The translations under genes and the position numbers were made by a program. Below are positions 8,501-15,310 of a DNA stretch of 25,283 nucleotides, in pieces. Source of the stretch: an uncultured bacterium (lineage in GTDB: Bacteria; T1Sed10-126); NCBI GenBank assembly GCA_964566495.1, contig CAZMIT010000013.1, positions 1 to 25,283 of the forward strand. The letters are read 5' to 3'. The notes under the pieces were generated by a model, which saw only the letters and a program-made list of their open reading frames with translations, was not told where the DNA came from and searched no databases. Positions within the stretch are counted from its first letter, which is position 1. The number at the start of each line of letters is the position of its first letter.

Positions 8501-10057
8501 CCAATTGTTACCGGGTTAGGAAAAGAAGGTCACCCGGACTCGATAACAATCGGTGGCTTTGAAGGTAGCACCGGCGCAGCGCGGCGACACGCTATCCGAC
8601 GTGTCGGTTTTCCTGCTGAAATTGCTCTTAACGAAGCACACCGGGCTCTCTGCCGCAGCGGTCTGCGCGAACGGTTAGAGCTACGAGTTGAAGGCGGTTT
8701 CCAGTCGGTTGACGACATTTTGAAAATGGGTTTGCTTGGTGCTGATCGTGTTGGATTTGGGACTCTCCCCATGATTGTAGTTGGCTGTATATACTGCGGT
8801 CAGTGCTACACTAACCGCTGTCCGCGCGGCATAACCAGTCCCTTCAATAGCGACGAAGAGGCGCGAAAAAACGGTGTGCGCGCCTTCCAGTCCCGTCAGC
8901 TCACGGAGTCAATTAACCGTTTAGTGCAATTTTTTGGCAGTATGCGACAGCATCTTACTCACCAGGTTGGCAGGCTAGGAGTTAAAAGTTTTACAGATTT
9001 ACAGGGAAAAACGGAACTGCTAAATCCGACTGAAACAGCGGGCAGCGGGCTGGATCTATCACCGCTACTGGAACCCGTCAATCACTTTCAGCCGCCGGAA
9101 GATGATGAAATAATCAAGGACCGGCTGCAGACATCAATTTCCGTAGATCAAGGTGAAACTCTCCGCCGTGAGCTAAAAAGCCGGGCCACGAAAAACAAGA
9201 AAAAGCTGCGCTTTGTAACTGAATTAAAAAACACCGACCGAGCCGTCGGCACCGGGCTTTCCGGCGTGCTGGCCAGACACCGGAGACAAGCTGACAATTC
9301 TAAAAATGAGTTTAAACAAATAACAGTGCAGCCCGGCGGTGAATGTATACCCGGCAACGGCCTTGCAGCTTTCAACGAGGAAGGAGTCGAGGTAATTATA
9401 AAAGGAGGTGCCCAGGACGGCACAGCCAAAAGTATGAGCGGCGGTCGGGTGGTGGTGCTGCCCGGCGAAAACAACATGGGGACCCACCTCGATGGCAGCG
9501 TCGGCAAATCTGCCGCTTATGGAGCTACCGGCGGCGTGCTTGTGGTTGCGGGTAAATACGCCGACTCGCGGTTTGGTGTCCGCTGCTCCGGAGGCGATCT
9601 CATCCACCTCGGTGAAATAACCGTCCCCGTGGCCGATGACCGCTCACTGATTAACAGCCGCGCCAACCTGAAGGGTTTTGCCTTCGAATACATGACCTCC
9701 GGACGCGGACTTGTGCTTGGTGACCCGGGTGATGATCTGTGCACCGGCATGACCGGCGGTGTCGTCTACGTCCGGTTGAACGAAGAACTCGGCCTCGACC
9801 AATCGGCTCTACAGAGACGACTCGGCGAACGGGTCAAAATCGCTGAACTGCAGCCGGCTGATTCAACCGAAATCAACGAGTTGCTGACGCTCGCTCTGGA
9901 GGCGGTTGAGGACCAAGTTCCCCACAAACGTGACCTGCTGGAAGACCTGCACCAAAAACCGGAAAAACATTTCCTTAAAGTCGTCCCTGAAAAGGGTCCA
10001 GAACCGGAATTTGAGTTTAGCGTTGAACCGGGAGAAGTCATCGAACAAGCCTATTAG
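5546..10057 (+). CDS. gltB: Glutamate synthase large subunit (GltB/GlsF family)
   Basis: EHDACG (N-terminal catalytic Cys after processing), H.R.STNT and HNGEINT in the amidotransferase domain; FMN domain QLASGRFG, IKIGQGAKPGEGG, LISPSNNHD.YSIEDL; Fe-S motif CIYCGQCYTNRCPRGI; C-terminal GXGXG domain (NTDRAVG, FEYMTSG, GMTGG). 1503 aa. Confidence 0.92.
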   Translation: MKQDNLSTSILNQEHDACGIVARFRKRNLGGSGGTYGVLQRTLDSMARLQQRGGSIQTDWGTDGDGAGVLTDIPDYVCRRDLAAAGLNEKLAGSLALGVFFLDQNSPDEAIDQIKNHLAQQDLEVLYDRFVPTRPQYLGPAAAAKEPKIVRIGLLIKNPRRATKKLFEARVDIEREMNGVHVVSLSASSLVYKVMGTGKTLQQYYPELHNSQYKTHLAIGHIRMSTNTEPDFRLAHPYGTMVHNGEINTIDRLIERADALGIPLPKNASDTMVVDRILQYLISQIDCTLATAYRMIFPLVDAEIDELNQREKKLQSRLKAPFGNLGQGPAGIIARHGDEALIASDALALRPVWFGETEKEFYATSERGAVNFKSNRRPPRPVAGGEFVQLDLAGPRVLPRSELLDKYERDLENIFPAETRQFEESYERFPLPDISSPVQERQSEDYRRVLGFNEDDIDTINKMSQTGEEPLGSVGYNPAVLPAAGEKPEKLLADYCLESVAVITNPALDSERESRPFSLRVRFGDRGSLSQTREGTCWEFPSPLIFAGQIQELFAELNDEGVPLKKVFAGKKSGETQAQALKRIEEKASSEGVFTVLHLHDQGVLTDKKGLLDPLLALAAIKKGLRQSGDLNKTAVLFESRRLRNLHDLMLAYGLGAELIYPAEIEQLALASAGEEATANEQMDRLHNCLKALKKGMKKVISTMGIHEIEGYGRIFSSIGLSTEVEALLGLDGYLGSSEAGLTLEQLADEERKRERQFADNSTNKFSSPSPWPAPVRKHLENTASTGADYSAYEEALLEHRRQNPTGIRHCLELKKAPSQQNKCEISVAESSAPFYFAAMSYGSTNVIPFTAYAEAGRELEILVVNGEGGEPAHLRSYTGPYRAQQLASGRFGINADLLANTSEIQIKIGQGAKPGEGGLLKGAKVNPHIAQTRHTPPFIDLISPSNNHDFYSIEDLIPTVINELRVLNPEVKVDVKVPAIPNLAPIVTGLGKEGHPDSITIGGFEGSTGAARRHAIRRVGFPAEIALNEAHRALCRSGLRERLELRVEGGFQSVDDILKMGLLGADRVGFGTLPMIVVGCIYCGQCYTNRCPRGITSPFNSDEEARKNGVRAFQSRQLTESINRLVQFFGSMRQHLTHQVGRLGVKSFTDLQGKTELLNPTETAGSGLDLSPLLEPVNHFQPPEDDEIIKDRLQTSISVDQGETLRRELKSRATKNKKKLRFVTELKNTDRAVGTGLSGVLARHRRQADNSKNEFKQITVQPGGECIPGNGLAAFNEEGVEVIIKGGAQDGTAKSMSGGRVVVLPGENNMGTHLDGSVGKSAAYGATGGVLVVAGKYADSRFGVRCSGGDLIHLGEITVPVADDRSLINSRANLKGFAFEYMTSGRGLVLGDPGDDLCTGMTGGVVYVRLNEELGLDQSALQRRLGERVKIAELQPADSTEINELLTLALEAVEDQVPHKRDLLEDLHQKPEKHFLKVVPEKGPEPEFEFSVEPGEVIEQAY

Positions 10058-10165
10058 GTCCTCAATATAGGACACAGATTAACACGGATAAAATCAGATG
10101 ACTATATTTCACCGACTTCAGCACGTCAGTTCGAACAAGCACCTCCCGAATAGAGCCGGAAAATC

Positions 10166-10333
10166 GCGAGGCGGAATCCATCTGAATTGCTCGTCATTCC
10201 GGCCCCCGAGCCGGAATCCATCTTGAATTGCTTGTCATTCCGGCCTCCGAGCCGGAATCCATCTTGAATTGCTTGTCATTCCGGCCTCCGAGCCGGAATC
10301 CATCTTGTATTTTAAACGGTTATCATTTAAGAC
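10166..10333 (+). repeat. 41-bp tandem repeat of palindromic unit GTCATTCCGGCCTCCGAGCCGGAATCCATCTTGAATTGCTT plus conserved tail
   Basis: Units start at 10193, 10234 and 10275 (period 41), with a partial unit at 10166-10192. Tail TTTTAAACGGTTATCATTTAAGAC matches the reverse complement of about 160-182. Confidence 0.92.
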
Positions 10334-10381
10334 TTAAAAACTTGTTGCGGTTACGGGTTATTGGTTGAAAATGAAAACTAT

Positions 10382-10443
10382 AATGGGCGGCCCTTCGGGC
10401 GGCCTATGCATAGGGTTCATGCATAGGCCGGGCTAAACAGTTA
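10382..10443 (+). repeat. 54-bp double-hairpin repeat, copy 1, ending TA-AACAGTTA
   Basis: 10382-10435 matches 15030-15083 at 50 of 54 positions. Contains GCCC-TTC-GGGC and GGCCTATGCA-N9-TGCATAGGCC. Confidence 0.88.
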
Positions 10444-10462
10444 ATTTTACTTTTTAAAACAC

Positions 10463-11344
10463 GTGAATATTATGTCAAATTTCCTTAGTTTTAGCGATTA
10501 CGTCCGTCAAAAGTTTGGCTGTAAAGTATATAAGTTACCGGTGGATGCCGGCTTTACCTGTCCAAACCGAAAAGATGATAGAACCGAGGGAGGCTGTATA
10601 TATTGTCGTAACGATGCTTTTAAGCCTTATTTTATATCGTCTGATGACTCGCTGGAGAAACAGCTTGCGGCCGGGCGACGGATTTTTTCCCGGCGGGATA
10701 TAGACACTTTTTTTGCTTATTTTCAGGCCTATACCAGCACTTATGCTGAGATTGGACAATTGAGGAGGCTTTACGGCCGGGCATTGCTTTCCCCGGGCGT
10801 TATAGGTCTCTGCGTCGGCACCAGGCCGGACTGTCTTTCGGAGGAAGTCATCGATTTACTGGCCGGTTTTGCCCGCTCAGGTAGCGAAGTCTGGATCGAA
10901 ATTGGCCAGCAGACCGCTCACGATGAAACTCTGAAACGAATAAATCGGGGCCATGATTTTGCCGCCTATCGCCGAGCAGTAGACAGAATCCAGAAACACT
11001 CCGAATTAAACCTCTGCGTACACCTGATATTTGGTCTGCCCGGCGAGGATCGTTCAATGATGCTGGAGACGGTTGAAAAAATAACCAATCTGGGAGTGGA
11101 TGGGGTCAAGTTTCATCAACTACAGGTCCTGACCGAAACTCCGCTTGCTGTCCAATACAAGAGCGGTGACTATCACCCCATAGCTTATGAAACCTACCGC
11201 GACATCTTGCAAGCAGCTCTTGAAATCCTGCCCGAAGACGTAGTCGTCCAGAGGTTAATGGCCGAGGCTCCAGATTCGCTGCTACTGGCCCCCCGGTGGT
11301 CTAAAACTAAACACGAGCTCCGCCGGGATTTAACAGGCAAATAG
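10463..11344 (+). CDS. TIGR01212-type radical SAM protein (YhcC/YtqA family)
   Basis: KLPVDAGFTCPNR..GGCIYC, YFQAYTSTY, VGTRPDCL, EIGQQTAHDETL..INRGH, HLIFGLPGE, GVKFHQL. The start may be the ATG at 10472. Confidence 0.9.
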   Translation: MNIMSNFLSFSDYVRQKFGCKVYKLPVDAGFTCPNRKDDRTEGGCIYCRNDAFKPYFISSDDSLEKQLAAGRRIFSRRDIDTFFAYFQAYTSTYAEIGQLRRLYGRALLSPGVIGLCVGTRPDCLSEEVIDLLAGFARSGSEVWIEIGQQTAHDETLKRINRGHDFAAYRRAVDRIQKHSELNLCVHLIFGLPGEDRSMMLETVEKITNLGVDGVKFHQLQVLTETPLAVQYKSGDYHPIAYETYRDILQAALEILPEDVVVQRLMAEAPDSLLLAPRWSKTKHELRRDLTGK

Positions 11345-11512
11345 CTGCGAGCTAACTAACATAACCTAACCCGCTGAAAAAACACCGCTTTTGTCGGCTG
11401 TTTCCGTATTGCGGCTCTCGAACTTAAAACAGTAGCACGGACAAATAATTTTATAAAACCAACTGCTCCTGCCTGAGATAATGAGAAAAATTTTATGGCG
11501 ATAACAAGTGAC

Positions 11513-11542
11513 TTGTCAAAAACGGGCGAGTTCCTGTAGACT
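11513..11542 (+). promoter_or_regulatory. Putative promoter giving a near-leaderless transcript
   Basis: TTGTCA, 18 bp spacer, TAGACT, ending 8 nt before the ATG at 11551; no Shine-Dalgarno sequence. Confidence 0.4.
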
Positions 11543-11550
11543 AATACATT

Positions 11551-12126
11551 ATGAGATTATTCAAATGGATAAAGACGGCTTTAAAAAATCCCCGTGAGCT
11601 TTCGACTATTTTTCCCAGTTCACGTTTTCTTGCGCGAACGATAGCCGATCAGATAGATTTCTCGGAGCCGCGGGATATAGCGGAGCTTGGTCCCGGCGAC
11701 GGTGCTTTAACCGGCCCACTTGTGGAGCGTATGCACCCCGACTCTAACCTGCTCTTAATTGAGATCGTGGACTCCTTCTGCAAAGATCTCGAGAAGCAAT
11801 ACGGCAAGCACGAAAAGGGGCAGACCATCGAGGTATTAAATCGCAGCGCCGCCGAACTGGATGAAATATGTGCCGAGCGAGACATTGAGGGGCTGGACTA
11901 CGTGGTAAGCGGGCTACCGTTAACTACCCTTCCCGACGATTTATCAGAAGAAATAATCGCCACAACTTATGAAACCCTGCGACCCGGCGGCCGGTACATC
12001 CAATTCCAATACTCACAAGATTACAAGGAAAATATTGAGAATGTATTTGGACCGGTTGAACTACACCGAGTCTTGTTGAACATCTTCCCCGCCTGGGTCT
12101 ACGTAGCGACAAAAGACCAGACCTGA
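11551..12126 (+). CDS. Class I SAM-dependent methyltransferase, PmtA/OlsG-like (lipid N-methyltransferase family)
   Basis: FPSSRFLA, ELGPGDG (SAM-binding motif I), VVSGLP, LRPGG.YIQFQY, LNIFPAWVY. Confidence 0.75.
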   Translation: MRLFKWIKTALKNPRELSTIFPSSRFLARTIADQIDFSEPRDIAELGPGDGALTGPLVERMHPDSNLLLIEIVDSFCKDLEKQYGKHEKGQTIEVLNRSAAELDEICAERDIEGLDYVVSGLPLTTLPDDLSEEIIATTYETLRPGGRYIQFQYSQDYKENIENVFGPVELHRVLLNIFPAWVYVATKDQT

Positions 12127-12145
12127 TTTTCTTACAAAATCAAAA

Positions 12146-12760
12146 TTAAATTTTATTCCCGTCATCTCCAGAATATTCATTTAAAAGCTCGCGTATTAAG
12201 TGTGGAGGGAAACCGCGAGTCTGCAGACGCCCCGCCAGTTTTCGTTTGCTAAGGCCCTTGTTGTCCTCGCAGTAACGGCGGGCCAGCCGGCGTTCAGTCT
12301 CTGCATCGACCTGCGCCTCAACAACAGAGCGTGCCAGCTCCCGGTCAACCCCCTTTTCACATAACTCGGCGATTATCTTCCGGCGGCCGCGCGGCTTGTT
12401 TCGCAGCCGTTTCTCGACGTGCGCTCGCGCGAAGCGCTCGTCGTCGAGATAACCTTCCTCCCTCAGAGTGGGAATTAATGAATTTATAAGTTGAGTTGGA
12501 TAGCCCTTGCGTTTAAAATGCTCACGAAACCGGTGACTGGTCTGTTCATACTGGGCCAGGTATTCACGAGCTTTGGCGGGGAATATATCCGCCGCCGCCT
12601 GCTGCAATCGCTGCTTTAACTTGCTGATGCTAACTTCCTTCCCTGGCTCAACGTCCACCTCCCGAACCACGGGAGCCGGCCAGCAGAGGCGCTCACCGCC
12701 GTCCAGTTCTATCTCTCGACGGCCTCCCCGGCGCCGGTGGATCTCTCTAACCCTTCCCAT
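12146..12760 (-). CDS. recX: Regulatory protein RecX
   Basis: GYLDDERFA, PRGRRKI.AEL..KGV, L.TRGF; 6 bp downstream of recA. Confidence 0.88.
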   Translation of the reverse strand: MGRVREIHRRRGGRREIELDGGERLCWPAPVVREVDVEPGKEVSISKLKQRLQQAAADIFPAKAREYLAQYEQTSHRFREHFKRKGYPTQLINSLIPTLREEGYLDDERFARAHVEKRLRNKPRGRRKIIAELCEKGVDRELARSVVEAQVDAETERRLARRYCEDNKGLSKRKLAGRLQTRGFPPHLIRELLNEYSGDDGNKI

Positions 12761-12766
12761 TTTTGA

Positions 12767-13816
12767 TCAATCTTCGGTGACCTCTTCTTCCTCGGTCTCA
12801 CCGGACGTTGTCTCGTCCTCAAGCATACCCAATTCCCGCTTAACCTCAGTCTCAATTTCTTCGAGTACTTCCGGATTATCCTCCAGGAAATCAATCGAAT
12901 TTTCGCGTCCCTGGTCAAGCTGTAGGTCATCGTAGCTGTACCAGCTGCCGCGACGCTCAACAACTCCCTCCTCAACTGCCGCGTCGAGAATACAGCCAAC
13001 TTTAGATATGCCTTCACCGTAGATGATATCAAATTTGGCCTGCTGGAAAGGGGAAGCAACCTTGTTTTTCACACAACGAACTCGAACCCGAATTCCTTTA
13101 GAGTCCGACCCCTCCTTGAGCACATCCCGTTTACGAATATCCAGACGGAGAGAAGAGTAAAATTTAAGCGCCCGACCGCCGGGGGTTGTCTCTGGATTAC
13201 CGTACATGACGCCAATTTTTTCACGAATCTGGTTGAGAAAAACGCAGGCGGTGCGAGACTTACTAATCGCCCCGGAAAGCTTACGCAGAGCCTGACTCAT
13301 TAACCGCGCCTGCAACCCGACGTGAGCGTCGCCCATCTCCCCCTCAATCTCAGCCTTAGGAACAAGGGCAGCAACAGAATCAATAACAACAATGTCAAGA
13401 GTGCCGCTGCGAACGAGCTTTTCGGTTATTTCCAGGGCCTCCTCGCCGGTGTTTGGTTGGGCGACGTAAAGCTCCTCAACCTCCACGCCAATTGCCTCAG
13501 CATAATCCGGATCAAGCGCGTGCTCAACGTCTACAAAAGCCGCTATCCCTCCCATACTCTGGGCCTCGGCGATAGTGGAAAGAGCAAGAGTTGTTTTGCC
13601 TGAAGACTCGGGGCCGTATATTTCAGAAACCCGACCCCGTGGGATTCCTCCTATACCCGTCGCCAGATCCAGGGTGAGAGCACCGGTCGGTATTGCCGGC
13701 ACATCAACCTGCTGATACTCGCCCAATTTCATTATCGAACCCTGACCGTAATCCTTCTCGATCGAATCAATTGTCGCAGAAAGTATTTCTTCCTTTTTCT
13801 CCTTGTCCTTACTCAT
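12767..13816 (-). CDS. recA: Recombinase RecA
   Basis: [58 protein letters not shown] upstream; acidic tail. Confidence 0.99.
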   Translation of the reverse strand: MSKDKEKKEEILSATIDSIEKDYGQGSIMKLGEYQQVDVPAIPTGALTLDLATGIGGIPRGRVSEIYGPESSGKTTLALSTIAEAQSMGGIAAFVDVEHALDPDYAEAIGVEVEELYVAQPNTGEEALEITEKLVRSGTLDIVVIDSVAALVPKAEIEGEMGDAHVGLQARLMSQALRKLSGAISKSRTACVFLNQIREKIGVMYGNPETTPGGRALKFYSSLRLDIRKRDVLKEGSDSKGIRVRVRCVKNKVASPFQQAKFDIIYGEGISKVGCILDAAVEEGVVERRGSWYSYDDLQLDQGRENSIDFLEDNPEVLEEIETEVKRELGMLEDETTSGETEEEEVTED

Positions 13817-13845
13817 CTCGTCCAGCCTCCTGTATAAGATATTAG

Positions 13846-13920
13846 GTAACTGTTCACCTGTCTCCTCTCCCCTGGAGGGAGAGGGCCTGGGTGAGGGGGA
13901 AAGATCAGGTGAGCAGTTAC
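13846..13920. repeat. 75-bp miniature inverted-repeat element in the recA leader
   Basis: GTAACTGTTCACCTG (13846-13860) and CAGGTGAGCAGTTAC (13906-13920) are 14/15 inverted. They enclose a CCTCTCCC-CTGGA-GGGAGAGG hairpin followed by GGGTGAGGGG. Confidence 0.85.
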
Positions 13921-13944
13921 GAAATTGATACCCTGTTTCACAAA

Positions 13945-13979
13945 TCAGTGTTCAGTATTCGGTGTTCAGCAATCAGTGA
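13945..13979 (+). repeat. Degenerate heptamer tandem repeat (TCAGTGT-like, 5 copies)
   Basis: tcagtgt tcagtat tcggtgt tcagcaa tcagtga. Confidence 0.7.
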
Positions 13980-13984
13980 AAGCT

Positions 13985-14428
13985 TTAGCTCAGCTTCTGT
14001 TGAACCATCTCCTGCACCCGTGCTCCTTCCACTTTCCCTCTCACTTTGGGAATAACTGTTCCCATAACCTTGCCCATGTCAGACATGTCCCGGGCGCCGG
14101 TATCATCAATTACCTCATCAATCATTTCTTCAAGCTCTTCGTCGGATAAGGGATCGGGAAGATACTCCTGGATTATCTCCAATTCTTGCCTCTCGGCCGA
14201 CGCCAGATCCTTCCTCCCCCCTTCCTCATATTGTTCTATAGAATCCCGTCTTTGTTTGGCCTGCTTGGAGAGCACCTGAAGCGCTTCCTCCTCGGTAAGT
14301 TCCTCTCCAGTTTCGATTGCCTTGTTCTGAAGCTCTGACTTGAGTATTTTCAGAGTCTTGATCCGCCGGCTTTCGCGTGCTTTCATCGCTTCCTTAAAAT
14401 CTTCTTTCACCTGATCAACAACACTCAT
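13985..14428 (-). CDS. GatB/YqeY domain protein
   Basis: KEAMKAR, KQRRDSIEQY..GGRKDLA..E..EL.II..YLP, DMGKVMG; 147 aa; GGAGG upstream. Confidence 0.92.
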   Translation of the reverse strand: MSVVDQVKEDFKEAMKARESRRIKTLKILKSELQNKAIETGEELTEEEALQVLSKQAKQRRDSIEQYEEGGRKDLASAERQELEIIQEYLPDPLSDEELEEMIDEVIDDTGARDMSDMGKVMGTVIPKVRGKVEGARVQEMVQQKLS

Positions 14429-14461
14429 TTTTTAACCTCCCGTAGGATAATATCTTTCACC

Positions 14462-14673
14462 GTAATTATTTAGCGCCTTCACTGTGGTTCTCGGAACAAA
14501 TGGTGTCCCGGTAACAACGTCCGTGAGGTCTTGACCGTCATTCCCGTGGAAACGGGAATCCAGCGGCTTTGAATTTAATAGGTCTAAAGTCAACGTCAAA
14601 GCCACTGGATTGTCCGGTCAAGCCGGACAATGACGTTCAATCCCACAACACCCCGGGGGCGCTAAACGGTTAC
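14462..14673. mobile_element. MITE-like element A: GTAATTATT-TA-[GCGCC...GGCGC]-TA-AACGGTTAC with internal palindrome pair
   Basis: Ends are 13/16 inverted. Interior 14537-14634 holds two oppositely oriented GTCATT palindromes and a 12/13 inner stem. No coding capacity; mobility is inferred. Confidence 0.6.
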
Positions 14674-14848
14674 CTTTCACCTATTCTACCACTTCCAACC
14701 AATAGATTAAACAATAATTCTTGGAACAAACAGAAGGAAAAGGTAAACTTACCTTATAGGCTTCAGACAGTTACCTAAAATTTCTTCCCCTGAGGACGAA
14801 ATTTTATGGAAACACAAAATTTGAGACGGGCGGTTCAAAGAACTGACA

Positions 14849-15083
14849 GTACTTGTTTAGCCCGGATAATGCACGACAGCATAACTGTCGTGAATTATCC
14901 GTCCGAAGGACAGCCGTTTATAGGCTTCTTGTTGGATATTAAACAAAATATTATTATTGCAGTTATTTTTACAGCCTGTAACTTACCAGTTGTTCTGTAA
15001 ACGGGTGGGTTAACCCCGCCCATTTGACGAATGGGCGGCCCTTTGGGCGGCCTATGCTGAGGGTTCATGCATAGGCCGGGTTA
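14849..15083. mobile_element. MITE-like element C: GTACTTGTT-TA-[GCCCGG...CCGGGT]-TA, hairpin-rich, containing copy 2 of the 54-bp repeat
   Basis: The left end GTACTTGTTTAGCCCGGATAATGCA is 20/25 identical to the reverse complement of the right end once 15084-15310 is removed. Internal hairpins at 14872-14892, 14969-14981 and 15003-15021. Confidence 0.55.
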
Positions 15084-15310
15084 GCGCCCCCGGCGACATT
15101 ACGGCTATGATCTATCGGTCGTCATTGCGGGAACGTATAACGTCCCAGGGCTTGACCCGCAATCCATTCTTCCCCCCTTTGTCTTTCCCCCCTTCAAGGG
15201 GGGAAAAAGAAAGGGGGATGGTCTTGAACGATACCAGCTTAAAATTCAATATGGATTCCGGTTCGCTTGCCCGGAATGACGAACTAAGCAGCATTTGACA
15301 GTAGACGCTA
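15084..15310. mobile_element. MITE-like element B: [GCGCC...GACGC] flanked by TA, nested at the end of element C
   Basis: Left end TTAGCGCCCCCGG (15081-15093) is the exact reverse complement of the right end of element A (14653-14665). Interior has the same GTCATT module order as 124-233. Confidence 0.6.

Noticed and set aside
10166..10310. CRISPR array
   Set aside because: The sequences between palindromes are identical rather than unique spacers, there are only three full units, and no cas genes are present.
13817..13984. LexA box upstream of recA
   Set aside because: No CTGT-N8-ACAG, GAAC-N4-GTTC or GTTC-N7-GTTC match noticed; the nearby GTTC pair is 10 nt apart and part of the heptamer repeat.
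14660..15090. Integron attC sites (GCTAAAC / GTTAGCG resemble core sites)
   Set aside because: No RYYYAAC...GTTRRRY pair with a continuous hairpin, no cassette ORFs and no integrase; the TA-centred inverted ends explain the pattern better.
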